40,158 nt of DNA from Promethearchaeota archaeon (GCA_011364975.1 RDOE01000024.1:1-40158); one strand, 5' to 3'; counted from the first letter of the stretch, positions 10,101 through 20,024 are shown. Notes: generated by a model not told the origin, from the sequence alone. Numbers and translations are program-made.

Positions 10101-11590
10101 TCATTCCTTACATCTTTGAGTTTTGCCTTTTCTTCAAAAAGTTTCTCAGATTGTACCTCTCTATCTGAAACAACAATCTTTTCAAATAAAAAATCTAAAT
10201 AGAAAAAATATTTAGTTCTAAATAAGAAACCTTTTTTAGCTCTTATCTCACCTGTAAAGAAATGGTTTTTAATCAATTCTTCTATAATCGGAAAGATATC
10301 CTCTTTCAATTTCAATGGCTCATAATGATACGATGATTTATACTTTTTAAAAATATCTGAAAGTGAAATAATACTATTTTCACTTAACTGAGAATACACC
10401 TCTTTAATAAGAATCTTCTTTCCTTGGCTCAATTTATCCAATAACCTTTCAAACTCAAAATTATTGTCAATAACTTTTAATTCAATTGTATAACTGAGAT
10501 TAATATAAGTTATTATCTCATCGATCCCGTGACTTAAACCAAAAGTATTCTTTAGTTGATTAATATCTATAAATGCTGAATCCTCTAAACGTTGAAACAA
10601 AACTCTTTCAATTTCTTCAATAAACTTAGACCATATTAGTGAAAGAATTATAACTACTTGTGAAAGTGCTACTATAGTAAGAAGATCATGAGGTTTATTA
10701 TTTGAGAATAATTCTTTTAAGCTTAGACTAATATAGGAAAAAACCTTAGCTGGGTTATAGTCTATTAACCATGAGTAATTTTCTAATACATTAATAATCC
10801 AAAAAGTTGTCTCTAGATCAGAGGCTTCAGAATTTAAACTAAAACCACCATTTGGTTCCTGTATTTGATATAGATATTGTAAATCTTTTTCTTTTACTTC
10901 AGAATCTGAATCAAAATATTTTAAAAAAAGAAGTTTGAAAACTAATGCAAGATCTTTCTTTTTTACCGTAAGAAAAGCCCTGAATCGTTCCTTATATAGT
11001 CTTATATCTATTCCTAATAACGTATATATTTCAATTACATAATAAAAGGTTTGTTCTTCAGGAAGTATCTTACATTTATCACAATTTTTATCTAAACAAT
11101 GTATAAAACTATTTCCTTTAAGATGCTCATTTAAAAAATTTCTAATTTTCCTGATATTTTCATTCTGGCCTCGCGAGGAGAGATATTCTTCAAGTAAACC
11201 TAGAATATTTAGAGATATCAAACTATAATATAATGACCATATATCTGGAATTGATGAAGAGCCTGGTTGTAATTTAAAACCTAGTTGGTCTTTTTCAATT
11301 ATATCAACTTCACAACTTAAAATAAAGTGATATAACTCATCTTTAGATACCCCAATATTCTGCTTTAAATATTTTCTAAGAAGCAAAAACCAAAATATAG
11401 TCTCTAAACTTAGATTTGGCTCATCTAATAAATTCTTATTCCAATAAGAGTAGATACTTAATACTTTATCATATTGAGATAAGAAAAAAGATTTAATTTC
11501 ATCGCTTTTTTTTAAAGTAAAGGATCTAAATGGTTCCTTTTTAAATTGTGTTATATACGGATAAGCTGTTTTGTTTTCAACGTTTACCAA
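7178..11590 (-). CDS. Large hypothetical protein: prenyltransferase/squalene-cyclase-repeat-like N-terminus, long coiled coil, WH/PCI-like modules, two C-terminal TM helices
   Basis: 1470-aa ORF (TTG start); QEPNGGF..DLETTFW and GF..DIWSLYYSL repeats; E/K/L-rich heptads; hydrophobic C-terminal pair followed by KKRKEKKI. Confidence 0.8.
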   Translation of the reverse strand: MVNVENKTAYPYITQFKKEPFRSFTLKKSDEIKSFFLSQYDKVLSIYSYWNKNLLDEPNLSLETIFWFLLLRKYLKQNIGVSKDELYHFILSCEVDIIEKDQLGFKLQPGSSSIPDIWSLYYSLISLNILGLLEEYLSSRGQNENIRKIRNFLNEHLKGNSFIHCLDKNCDKCKILPEEQTFYYVIEIYTLLGIDIRLYKERFRAFLTVKKKDLALVFKLLFLKYFDSDSEVKEKDLQYLYQIQEPNGGFSLNSEASDLETTFWIINVLENYSWLIDYNPAKVFSYISLSLKELFSNNKPHDLLTIVALSQVVIILSLIWSKFIEEIERVLFQRLEDSAFIDINQLKNTFGLSHGIDEIITYINLSYTIELKVIDNNFEFERLLDKLSQGKKILIKEVYSQLSENSIISLSDIFKKYKSSYHYEPLKLKEDIFPIIEELIKNHFFTGEIRAKKGFLFRTKYFFYLDFLFEKIVVSDREVQSEKLFEEKAKLKDVRNDIYNMILKLKSTVPQIKEEIESYLYLEEIEYAKERLKFILRNALMEADFLNENIESSFNQNLNYINLQAVLASDIKQWNNAYALLKSRLIELNSYLQQEIKEKEELRKFDNLLDELDNKVYDIQDYITRELDLFKNYISEILEDGYSEEKFNLIIKAFTTISDYMNKSDNAIYRISHQITSKEKKIIKKHKKVIDNWVDFKEKYDSEFKDYTNGFEFFNRVNGGIFSIKDDIRAEILKIKEASRDRVKSNQFQEAFDLIKSESEILLSQKTDQIKEVKNIIKKEAKFKQKLYPFYKYLQEKLESLEENILELIAEQVESLRDKVLEERNKANIQDFNSFINNSIQNFKGKIENVKKLIDISKIKRIDEVNKVFDEILADFEVNNKNFAKKYNDLKELIMNYDENSISVKQYENYKNYFQNEIENLKEEYINNMISEQILIISREENSDTIDIKELSNKINIKCKLLIPKLKDLIEIAKIQGDLFEDKKELLVHTEEYYKNKELRNFVEKKILKAYQEAVGKILALYDSCIKNKTLGVNTLEIQNRISDVRNLEVLMNNQIKNKVKELNIDEKRSENIALKQDIDSIISNNKLALENIGKNLTIFKELQIFIDQEYSVVKLELEKIYTKILEFVVKIETYDKLRELIDDKNKKLEDRIRITELSINEKLKSTLSTSYESKKFETEIREYYVRKKNELNEIYNNKVEIVDERINIQKFEKNRNELINNLNKRRIHFSQLLGTLQARIEDFIETEQFKRAYLKVIKRQKDIEEEIKRTNKNIRVLIRDYSKQTRDFETRNKHIIDDFELFLKEFNEILKEKIKVAEESILKSYITMAIKAVANEYLTLSFLQNELKIKKPLIQHHIISLISAGELPGKYDPNLGLYYENPEVLNGLNESELEVIKKMNFRFYMFYNQFRNFTKQNYTIFTFVAALLSITLSLSTVTGGDPSIFLILIVCAVAIIIYIYYKKRKEKKI

Positions 11591-11760
11591 CTAGTTAAAA
11601 CCCCAATCTTCTTTTTGATAATAATAATAAACTGATAATTTATTTTTTTGCTTGACTAAAATAATTTAATCTGCTGATAACTAATAATAAGCGTCTAAGA
11701 TTTTGTATTTATGACCAAATATTATATAAGGTAATATAATTAAAGGACTAATTATCAAAA

Positions 11761-13242
11761 ATGAGTATTTTAGCAATTGATTTAGGAACTCAAAGCATTC
11801 GCGCTGCGATTGTAGAGATAAATGGTTCGATTAAGGCATTAACTCAAATACAACAAGAAGTAAATACACCCCATCCTGGGTGGGCTCAACAAAAACCTGA
11901 AACTTGGTGGAAATTGACTAAAACTGCTATTCAACATGTAATTTCTCGTGTAAAAAATGAAATAATTTCAATTCAAGGAATATGTACATGTGGCCAGATG
12001 CATGGACCAGTAGGCGTTGATAAACAAGGTAATATTACTACGGAATGGACTCAAATATGGATGGATAAAAGATGCGAATCCATTTGTAATGAGTTTAGGA
12101 ATGAATATGATGAAAACGAGCTAGCCAATGCAATCACTGGCAATCCTATAACAACTGGATGGCCTGGAGTTAAAATTAGATGGATTAAAGATAACGAACC
12201 AAAAGTATATAATAATTCACGCTGGTTTTTGGTACCTAAAGATTTTATTAATTTTAAGTTGACTGGAATTCCTGCTACCGATCCAAGTGAGGCATCAGGG
12301 ACTTTTCTTTATGATTATAAGATTGATAATTATTCTGATAAGATGGCTAACATATTATGTGTTGATTTAGAAAAGTTTGCTCCCATTTATAATTCGTATG
12401 ATATCATCGGAACAGTCTCCAATGAAGTTTCTCAAGAGCTTGGGATTCCATCAAATATTCCAGTTATCGCAGGGGGTGGAGATTTTATTGTTTCGTTATT
12501 AGGTTTAGGTTTAATAGATGATAGTACAGCTGTTGACATGACTGGAACAAGTACCTTATTTGTGGTTCATAAAGATCATCCCATTATTCATCCTCTTGTA
12601 CAAAATTTAAGGCATGTAGTTAAAGGGTGGGTTCCCTTTACAATATTAGATTGTGGAGGATTAAGTATGCAATGGTATAAAGAATTCTTAGATTCAATGT
12701 GTAATAAGGAAGTCTCTTTTGAAGAAATGATAAATATGGCAGAAAAGATTCCTGTTGGCAGCGAAGGATTACTATTTTATCCATATATGTTAGGAGAAAG
12801 ACGTAAGGAGAATATACTTGGTCGAGGGAGCTTCTATGGTCTTACATTAAATCATAAAGCATCACATTTTACTAGAGCTATAATGGAGGGTGTTGCGTTA
12901 GCTCTTGGAAAAGATGTACAAAACTTTAAAGATGTTGGTGTAGGAGTAAAAAAAGTATATTGTCTAGGTGGCGCAACAAGAAATAAACTACTTTATCAAA
13001 TTAAAGCAAACGTAATGCAATTACCGCAAATATTGACTGATCAACCTGAATCTAGCCTAAAAGGATGTGGGTTGTTAGCGGCTTATGGTCTTCATTTAAT
13101 TAAAGATTTCAATACTTATCTTCAAGAAAATGACACTAAGAAAACAATTATTAACCCTAGTCCTAATTTAACAAAACAATACGAAAAAATACAAAAAGAA
13201 TTCAATAAAATGTATGATCATATGCTCGGATACTGGTCTTAG
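11761..13242 (+). CDS. FGGY-family carbohydrate kinase (xylulokinase-like)
   Basis: LAIDLGTQSIRA, GQMHG, WMDKR, TDPSEASGT, PYMLGER, RAIMEGV, LGGA motifs. Confidence 0.92.
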   Translation: MSILAIDLGTQSIRAAIVEINGSIKALTQIQQEVNTPHPGWAQQKPETWWKLTKTAIQHVISRVKNEIISIQGICTCGQMHGPVGVDKQGNITTEWTQIWMDKRCESICNEFRNEYDENELANAITGNPITTGWPGVKIRWIKDNEPKVYNNSRWFLVPKDFINFKLTGIPATDPSEASGTFLYDYKIDNYSDKMANILCVDLEKFAPIYNSYDIIGTVSNEVSQELGIPSNIPVIAGGGDFIVSLLGLGLIDDSTAVDMTGTSTLFVVHKDHPIIHPLVQNLRHVVKGWVPFTILDCGGLSMQWYKEFLDSMCNKEVSFEEMINMAEKIPVGSEGLLFYPYMLGERRKENILGRGSFYGLTLNHKASHFTRAIMEGVALALGKDVQNFKDVGVGVKKVYCLGGATRNKLLYQIKANVMQLPQILTDQPESSLKGCGLLAAYGLHLIKDFNTYLQENDTKKTIINPSPNLTKQYEKIQKEFNKMYDHMLGYWS

Positions 13243-13738
13243 CAATATTTGAACTTAATGCAACCAGAATAAAAAATCAAAAAAACCTAAACATAATGGG
13301 GGTCACTTTTAAAACTCAGTGTAGAATTTATCCCCATATTATCATACATTAAAGCTATTTTAATGATCACGACTGGTTGGAATCAACCAGATGGAATAAA
13401 TCCAAGAACAATGTTAAAGGCAATATCAATGATCTACTCGCATTCACATCATCATTTTTGACATCAATCACAGCTTCTAATAAATCATTGACAATAGAGT
13501 CTCCTGCTTTTATGTTGATTAAGTTGTCCAAATTATGTAAATAATATAGAATTTTAATATTAATTCAATCGTTTACTATTATAACCTATACTTTATAACT
13601 TATAAATAACCCAAAGCTTTTCCTTTATAGATTAACTCTATACCAATCTAAACTCTTTCAGTTTTAAAAAGAACATCAAAAGTAGTATAATGGAAAAAAG
13701 ATTTACAATAGAAAAGAAAAAAGGATTATAAATTAATT

Positions 13739-15259
13739 TCACTTCTTATAAGCAAGAATTTGCTCCAAAGTGGGTTTTTCAAGTATATTTAAAAGCTTGA
13801 ATTCATCAATCATTTGCAGAAGGCCGTATACCTTTAATCCATGGTTGTAAAGTTCATTAGCGTCGTATAAATTTCTGTAGCAGAATGGACATTCGGTTGT
13901 AATAATGTCTGCATTTATCGCATTAGCTTCGTCTAAACGTAAACTTGAGGTTCTTAGAGAGAATTCAGGATATCCTGCTCTCACACCACCGCCTGCACCA
14001 CAGCAGAAACTATTTAATTTAATGCGATACATTTCAGTAAACTTAATTCCAACATCCCTTTCTAATGCTTTGAGAATAATTCTTGGAATTTCATACCATG
14101 CGTCAATCATTTGATCTATTTTACGCATATCAAACATTAAATTCTTGGATTCTTCGATTACTTTTTGTTCCATTTCAATAGCAAAATGACGACCCAAGTG
14201 GCAGGGATCATGATATGTTACCACTTTTCCTTTTAGGTCCTTGTTTGGTTTGAATTTGATTTCACCTTCAAATTTACTTAATTTCTCATAATCAGCTTCC
14301 AAAGCTTTTAATTCCGCTTCAATTCTTTTATCTGGCTTTTCTTTAAGTTTCTTCTTCAAGGAATCAATCTTAACTGGTAATTCTTTCTTCCGTTGAGGAA
14401 TTGAGATTAAATCAGAAATCAATTCAAACGCATGCATTGTTTTAAATGGAAGTTTTTCTTCTTTCATCCATTTAGGATAATCGTTTGTAATCGTCTTATA
14501 ACATCCCGCACAAGAGAAAAATACTAAGTCATATTTTTTAAAGGACTCAAGGTTCGCGTTCATTAATTCTTGTGCAGTATCGATTGCACCCACCCTAAAG
14601 AAAGGACTTCCACAACATCGTTCATCACCAACTAATGAAAAATCAATCCCTAATTGTTCCAAAATTTTGCACGTTGATACTGCAATGTAAGTTTGTCGAT
14701 AACTAGCCGTACACCCTACGAAATATCCAACTTTTGCTTCTTTATTATCAATATATTTCTCCAATCCCGCATCTTTTGCCCATTTAAAGCGCTCTTCAGC
14801 CTTTCCACCATAAGGATTATTGAGTTCCTTTACTAATCTTTGAACTAACTGATGTTTTTCAATTAACGGAATTCCGGCTTCCATACATGCCGCACGTAAT
14901 GCTTCAATAATGTCTACAGTTGGAATCTTGTTTTCACATTGAGCTGAACATTGCCCGCATGTAATGCAAGGCATTATAACATCTCGAACTTCTTCGCTAA
15001 ACTCTAAATCTCCGGATAAAATTGAGCGTGCTATCCATACTTTACCTGCATTCCAAAATGCTTCCCAACCGTATTCTATACCTGCTGGACAGGCATCAAC
15101 CATTCCTTCATAAAGAACAGTTCCCTGCTTACCAGTAAACTCTCCAATACCTTCTTTATCTGGTTCTCCAGAATATGCAAATCTACAAGCTTTACAGTGA
15201 ATACATTTAAAAATTTGTGGTTTTAATTCTTCTAATCTTTCCATTCCTGTTTTTGCCAT
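13739..15259 (-). CDS. Fe-S oxidoreductase, GlpC/GlcF/HdrD-like (ferredoxin motifs + two CCG domains)
   Basis: CIHCKAC..CP, CITCGQCSAQC, ERCCGSP, YHDPCHLGR, CCGAGGG, TECPFC; GGAGGT SD upstream. Confidence 0.9.
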   Translation of the reverse strand: MAKTGMERLEELKPQIFKCIHCKACRFAYSGEPDKEGIGEFTGKQGTVLYEGMVDACPAGIEYGWEAFWNAGKVWIARSILSGDLEFSEEVRDVIMPCITCGQCSAQCENKIPTVDIIEALRAACMEAGIPLIEKHQLVQRLVKELNNPYGGKAEERFKWAKDAGLEKYIDNKEAKVGYFVGCTASYRQTYIAVSTCKILEQLGIDFSLVGDERCCGSPFFRVGAIDTAQELMNANLESFKKYDLVFFSCAGCYKTITNDYPKWMKEEKLPFKTMHAFELISDLISIPQRKKELPVKIDSLKKKLKEKPDKRIEAELKALEADYEKLSKFEGEIKFKPNKDLKGKVVTYHDPCHLGRHFAIEMEQKVIEESKNLMFDMRKIDQMIDAWYEIPRIILKALERDVGIKFTEMYRIKLNSFCCGAGGGVRAGYPEFSLRTSSLRLDEANAINADIITTECPFCYRNLYDANELYNHGLKVYGLLQMIDEFKLLNILEKPTLEQILAYKK

Positions 15260-15278
15260 TTTATTTTACCTCCTTAGT

Positions 15279-16763
15279 TTATGGAAGAGCTAATCTTCCA
15301 GGATGCATTATCATATTAGGATCAACGAGCTTTTTGAATGCTCTTAAATATTTCCAGTACATTCCCGCTTGATAATATGCTTGAATATGAACATAGGGAT
15401 CTGGTCTGTAATTAAGCCATCCTTGCTTGAGCCCATATTCGGTAGTTTCCATATTGAGTTGCTGTACTTTCTCAAAATCTGAATCTTTGGTAGAATCAAA
15501 GCAAACAATAGGCATACAAATAGCTTGTCTTCCTCTTTCTATGCTTGCAATCCAAATCACAGGCGGAAACCCATATTTCTCCATTGCTGCACAATACATT
15601 TCCGCAAATTTAGCACATTCGTTCCAAGGTGTATACCATGTAATAAATAAGAATCCAGCCTCCCAAAAAGAATAAGGAATTGCAATTTTGTTTGGTTTCT
15701 TCATTCTGCTCGCAATCTGTTTAGGATGAAGCTCCCATGGTTTCATTTCTTCTGGGTCCTTAGCCCTATTCTTTTTATAGTCCTCTGCCATACTATTAAT
15801 TCTCTTAACTACGTAATCTAATTCTTCTTGTGTTTGAGCCCAACACTCCCAATTCATCCACCATTTACTTACTCCGATCTCTTTATAAAATTCATAATCA
15901 TGTGGTACCTTATCTTTAGGCCAGCGTGCCATAACAAGAGGGTAATTTCCACCTTGGACCATGACTGTGTTATGGGCAATTCCGAATTCTTGTTTCGATA
16001 CTTCGAGAGTTAAGTCCTGCATATCATAGGGATTAGACATACCCCATGCTACAACGGTTTTGAATTTAGGATGAGGATAAATTTTAACAGCCGCTTTGGT
16101 GACTACACCAAATGCTCCTTGAGAACCCATTAAAAAGCTCCACATATCAGGACCAATTCCGTATTTATAGAAAGGTTTTGCAAACGGTAATGCCCAAGAA
16201 CCTGTTCTTACTACATCACCATTAGGAAATACTACTTCAGCACACATAAAGTTATCGCCTTGCGGCCCTACTGAACTAGTGTAAAGGGAAAATCCACGAT
16301 CTATTGCATCACCCATCACCGTTGCTGCCGGTGGGGCGCCATCTGCTATAGGAGGTGCCCAATTAGGATGGTGTTTATGCATATAAGCCCATAGTGATCC
16401 ATTAGTCACGCCTGGTTCTATAACTACATAGCGATTTTCTTCATCAATTTCTAGTATCCGATCCATTCTACTTAAATCTAAAAGAACACCACCAGGTTTA
16501 ATTGTAGGACACGCAAATCCGCCAGATAATCCTGCTGAAACAGGGCTAACTGCTATTTTTTCTGCTGAACAATAAATCAATATTTTGCGAATCTCTTCTG
16601 GATATTTTGGTCGTACGACTATGTCGGGTATTTGAGATTCTAAACCCATTACGGATTTGGCAAGATATGAGGCTGTGATGGCTTTATTATTGGTAGCGTA
16701 ATTTTTTCCTACGATACCAATCATAGCTTCTAAATCTTTCTCATCTGGTAATTTATAGCTCAT
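15279..16763 (-). CDS. FAD-binding oxidoreductase (VAO/PCMH - GlcD family)
   Basis: PDIVVRP, LLDLSRMDRILEIDEENRYVVIEPGVT, EVVFPNGDVVRTGS, GSQGAFGVVTK, DPNMIMHPG. Confidence 0.92.
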   Translation of the reverse strand: MSYKLPDEKDLEAMIGIVGKNYATNNKAITASYLAKSVMGLESQIPDIVVRPKYPEEIRKILIYCSAEKIAVSPVSAGLSGGFACPTIKPGGVLLDLSRMDRILEIDEENRYVVIEPGVTNGSLWAYMHKHHPNWAPPIADGAPPAATVMGDAIDRGFSLYTSSVGPQGDNFMCAEVVFPNGDVVRTGSWALPFAKPFYKYGIGPDMWSFLMGSQGAFGVVTKAAVKIYPHPKFKTVVAWGMSNPYDMQDLTLEVSKQEFGIAHNTVMVQGGNYPLVMARWPKDKVPHDYEFYKEIGVSKWWMNWECWAQTQEELDYVVKRINSMAEDYKKNRAKDPEEMKPWELHPKQIASRMKKPNKIAIPYSFWEAGFLFITWYTPWNECAKFAEMYCAAMEKYGFPPVIWIASIERGRQAICMPIVCFDSTKDSDFEKVQQLNMETTEYGLKQGWLNYRPDPYVHIQAYYQAGMYWKYLRAFKKLVDPNMIMHPGRLALP

Positions 16764-16861
16764 ATTTTCTTACCCCTAACTTAATCTTTCAATTTTTTGA
16801 TAATTATCTTTAAATAATTTATTATTTTGGAAAATTAACTACTGAATATTAAATTTTCTTT

Positions 16862-16939
16862 GTCTTAAATTAATAAAGGTAAGACGGAATGTTATAATTT
16901 AATTTTAAAAGGCTAAAATAAGACGAAAAATTATAATTT
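16862..16939. promoter_or_regulatory. Direct repeat (21 bp, 18/21 identical) plus inverted TAAGAC half-site upstream of the FAD/Fe-S operon
   Basis: TAAGACGGAATGTTATAATTT at 16880-16900, TAAGACGAAAAATTATAATTT at 16919-16939, GTCTTA at 16862-16867. Confidence 0.45.
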
Positions 16940-17152
16940 TTCATGAAATAATGATGGATTATCGGTAAATGTTTAACGGAGTGAGTTAACTTTCAGTCAT
17001 CTTAAACTATTTTTTTAAAGCAAATTATTTGAACTAAAGGTTATATTACCACATAATTAAATCAATTAATAGAAAGCGCTCTTTTTATATCATTATGTAA
17101 CTTTTTTACATTAACCAGTTTTTCTAAAAACACTAAAGCATATCTGATCTAT

Positions 17153-17668
17153 TTAATTGGTTTTCTGGAGAATATTGGGATATCCACTTTTATGATCATT
17201 TAATCTTATTAATTGTGATAATTTTTCTCTTCTATTTTTATCTTTTAAAATATATTTTTGAAACATCTTGTTATCATCATCAATGATTTCCCAGAATTCT
17301 TTATATATACTCCTTATAATTCTGTCAGTTTGTTCTTCAGATGAACGAAATTTCGCAGTTTTTTTCGGAATATTTCTTTTTGGATTTCTTTTATAAAGCT
17401 CCAATCCATTCATAAAAGCATTTTTTGAATCGATTAATAATTTTTTGTTCATTTCTAACTCAAAATCTACTTTCTGATATCCTCGTATATTGAAAGCTTT
17501 ATCAATAAATATTTGGAAATGATGGTTACATACTTTTCCTTTAGGTATTGAAACTGTGCTTAAATGAGAAGAGCTATTTATAATTTTAAGAGGAAGGTTT
17601 ATAATTTCTTTAGATTTACAAATTGGGCATATTATCTGGACTTTTTTAATTTGTTCTTCAATGAGCAT
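17153..17668 (-). CDS. Hypothetical protein with N-terminal CxxC..CxH Zn-binding-like domain (paralog of 21069..21965)
   Basis: QIICPICK..VCNHHFQIFIDKAFNIRGY..DF aligns by eye with the N-terminus of the 298-aa ORF. Confidence 0.75.
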   Translation of the reverse strand: MLIEEQIKKVQIICPICKSKEIINLPLKIINSSSHLSTVSIPKGKVCNHHFQIFIDKAFNIRGYQKVDFELEMNKKLLIDSKNAFMNGLELYKRNPKRNIPKKTAKFRSSEEQTDRIIRSIYKEFWEIIDDDNKMFQKYILKDKNRREKLSQLIRLNDHKSGYPNILQKTN

Positions 17669-17840
17669 AGTTTTAAATAAGTTGCTTTATAATTTTTTAG
17701 GAATAATAGATGTTGTTCTAAATCTTTCAATTTAAAATCCTTTATTTTTACCTAACCTACTTTTCATTTATTTAAACTAAATTTTATTTTCGATATTTAA
17801 TGATATTAACTACCATATAAAAACCCGAAAATTTACTATT

Positions 17841-19232
17841 ATGATAAAGAATACAAATAATTTAGGTGTCTTTTTTAATCCAAAATCAATTGCAATAATT
17901 GGAGCATCTGATACATTAAAATTTGGATATGCTATGACTAATTACTTATTAAATTCTGAATTTAAAACTTATCCTGTTAATATTAAAAAAAGGGAGATTT
18001 TGGGGCATAAAGCCTTTAAAAGTATTATCGATATACCTGATAATATTGAACTTGCAATTATAATAGTACCAAATGATCAGGTTTTAGATGCTGTAAAAGA
18101 TTGTGTAAAGAAACAAGTTAAAGGTATTATCATCGAAACTGCAGGTTTCGCTGAAACAGGAATAGAAAAATATATAAAAATCCAACAAGAAATTGAAAAA
18201 ATTGCCCATGAGACTAAAATCAGGATCATAGGACCAAATTGTGTGGGAATAACTAATTTTAAAAACAAATTTACGACTACAGAAATAGAATTTACTAAGG
18301 TGCTAGATGCAGGGAAAATTTCTATTATTGCTCAATCCGGAGTACTAGGAAACATTTTCATCGATTGGGGGGCCAGTCAGAAGATAGCTTTCTCCAAATC
18401 GATAACACTTGGCAATAAAGTAGATGTTGATGAAGTGGATATGTTAGAGTTTTTGGAAAATGACGCTGATACAGAAGTAATTGCTCTTTACCTAGAAGGT
18501 GTGAAACGAGGGAAAAAATTACTTGAAGTTTTAAGAAAGCTCACTAAACCAGTCATTATCTTAAAAAATGGAAGAAGTGAAATAGGATCCAATGCCATTA
18601 AAAGTCACACGGGTTCAATCGCTGGAGATGATAAAATATTTGATGCTATTTTCAAACAATTTTCTGGTATATATCGCGTTAATAATTTTTTCGAGATGTT
18701 TGATATAGCACAAGTATTTGCTACTCAACCATTAATACCAGGAAAGAACATAGCAATAATTACAGCTTCCGGAAGCTTAGGTGCTTTGGCTTGTGATGAA
18801 ATAGAAAAGGTAGGGCTAAATTTAGCTCCTTTAAACGTATCAACAAAGGAAAATATGAAACTTATAGCTCCTAATTGGACATCACTGCGAAATCCCGTGG
18901 ATTTAGGGCCATCATTATTAATGACATTTAAACCAGCGCTGGAAGCATTAATGAATGATGAAAATGTTGATGCCATACTATATATCTTTACAGTTCCCCG
19001 AAAACCGTTAGAAGATTTTTCAATACCTATAACTCCTCAATTAAGTGAAATTAGAAACTATGTGAAGCGATTTAAAAAACCGCTTATAATTTGTGTATTT
19101 GGTTCACGTTGGGTATTAGACTATTTCTTGAAGGATTCAACAAAATATCAAATCCCAATAATGACCAGGGTTGACCATGCAATTAAGGCATTTAAAGTAA
19201 TGTATGACTTTAAAAATCGTAATAAATCATAA
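17841..19232 (+). CDS. Acyl-CoA synthetase (NDP-forming), alpha subunit / CoA-binding protein
   Basis: FFNPKSIAIIGAS, RIIGPNCVG, AQSG, LGNKVDV, SHTGSIAG (phospho-His), NPVDL motifs. Confidence 0.92.
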   Translation: MIKNTNNLGVFFNPKSIAIIGASDTLKFGYAMTNYLLNSEFKTYPVNIKKREILGHKAFKSIIDIPDNIELAIIIVPNDQVLDAVKDCVKKQVKGIIIETAGFAETGIEKYIKIQQEIEKIAHETKIRIIGPNCVGITNFKNKFTTTEIEFTKVLDAGKISIIAQSGVLGNIFIDWGASQKIAFSKSITLGNKVDVDEVDMLEFLENDADTEVIALYLEGVKRGKKLLEVLRKLTKPVIILKNGRSEIGSNAIKSHTGSIAGDDKIFDAIFKQFSGIYRVNNFFEMFDIAQVFATQPLIPGKNIAIITASGSLGALACDEIEKVGLNLAPLNVSTKENMKLIAPNWTSLRNPVDLGPSLLMTFKPALEALMNDENVDAILYIFTVPRKPLEDFSIPITPQLSEIRNYVKRFKKPLIICVFGSRWVLDYFLKDSTKYQIPIMTRVDHAIKAFKVMYDFKNRNKS

Positions 19233-19378
19233 AATAATCTGATCAACCACTCAATTTCGGTTGTTCAATTCTTCAAATTATTATTTCAGAAATTGGACTC
19301 CAAATTGTTTATTATTAAGAGAGAACAGACTTTACTTAAGAAAAATAAAACTTAATTTAAATTTATGGTGATAATAAG

Positions 19379-19894
19379 ATGGTAGACTGGGAACAAATTG
19401 CTGAGCAAGCCTCCTATATATGGGAAGATTTTATTGGATGGTTTTTAAGTATTCCAATTGAAGCTCAGATCTTAGTTATAATTGGCGCAGTAGCGGCAGT
19501 TATTTTAGCAGGAATAATTGTATATTTTGTATTAAAGGGAGTTGCCTATTTAATTTATTACATACTTAAAGGAGTTTATTTACTTTTAAAAGGAATATTT
19601 ATCGGGTTATACAAATTATTTGAGGAAATTTATTACGCAGTTTCTGGGAAACAAAGACCCCCTAAAGAAGTTATAGAAGAACAAGTTCAAGTTCCTGCTT
19701 ATAAGGAACCAATGCAAGAAAAAGCTGTTCAGAAAGAATATCAACTTATTCAACAAAATGTGATGTTTTGTTCTGAATGTGGTAGTAAATTCACTGAAAG
19801 AATGCATGAACAAATTTATCAAAATGGCGTTGCCTACTGTGTAAACTGTGGAAAGGGATATAGACTCCATGAAATAGAAGTATCTCACTATTAA
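19379..19894 (+). CDS. Membrane protein with C-terminal zinc ribbon
   Basis: Hydrophobic N-terminal segment, CSECG..CVNCG ribbon; GGTGA SD upstream. Confidence 0.8.
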   Translation: MVDWEQIAEQASYIWEDFIGWFLSIPIEAQILVIIGAVAAVILAGIIVYFVLKGVAYLIYYILKGVYLLLKGIFIGLYKLFEEIYYAVSGKQRPPKEVIEEQVQVPAYKEPMQEKAVQKEYQLIQQNVMFCSECGSKFTERMHEQIYQNGVAYCVNCGKGYRLHEIEVSHY

Positions 19895-20024
19895 TTATTT
19901 TCTTTTCTTTTTTTATCTTATTTTTTAAATAAAAGTAAAATTTAATTTTATAATGAAGAAATATTTTTGCTTTTAATCAAGCTATCTTCTTATAAAGCAA
20001 ACTATATGAGTGTGAGCGTTAATT

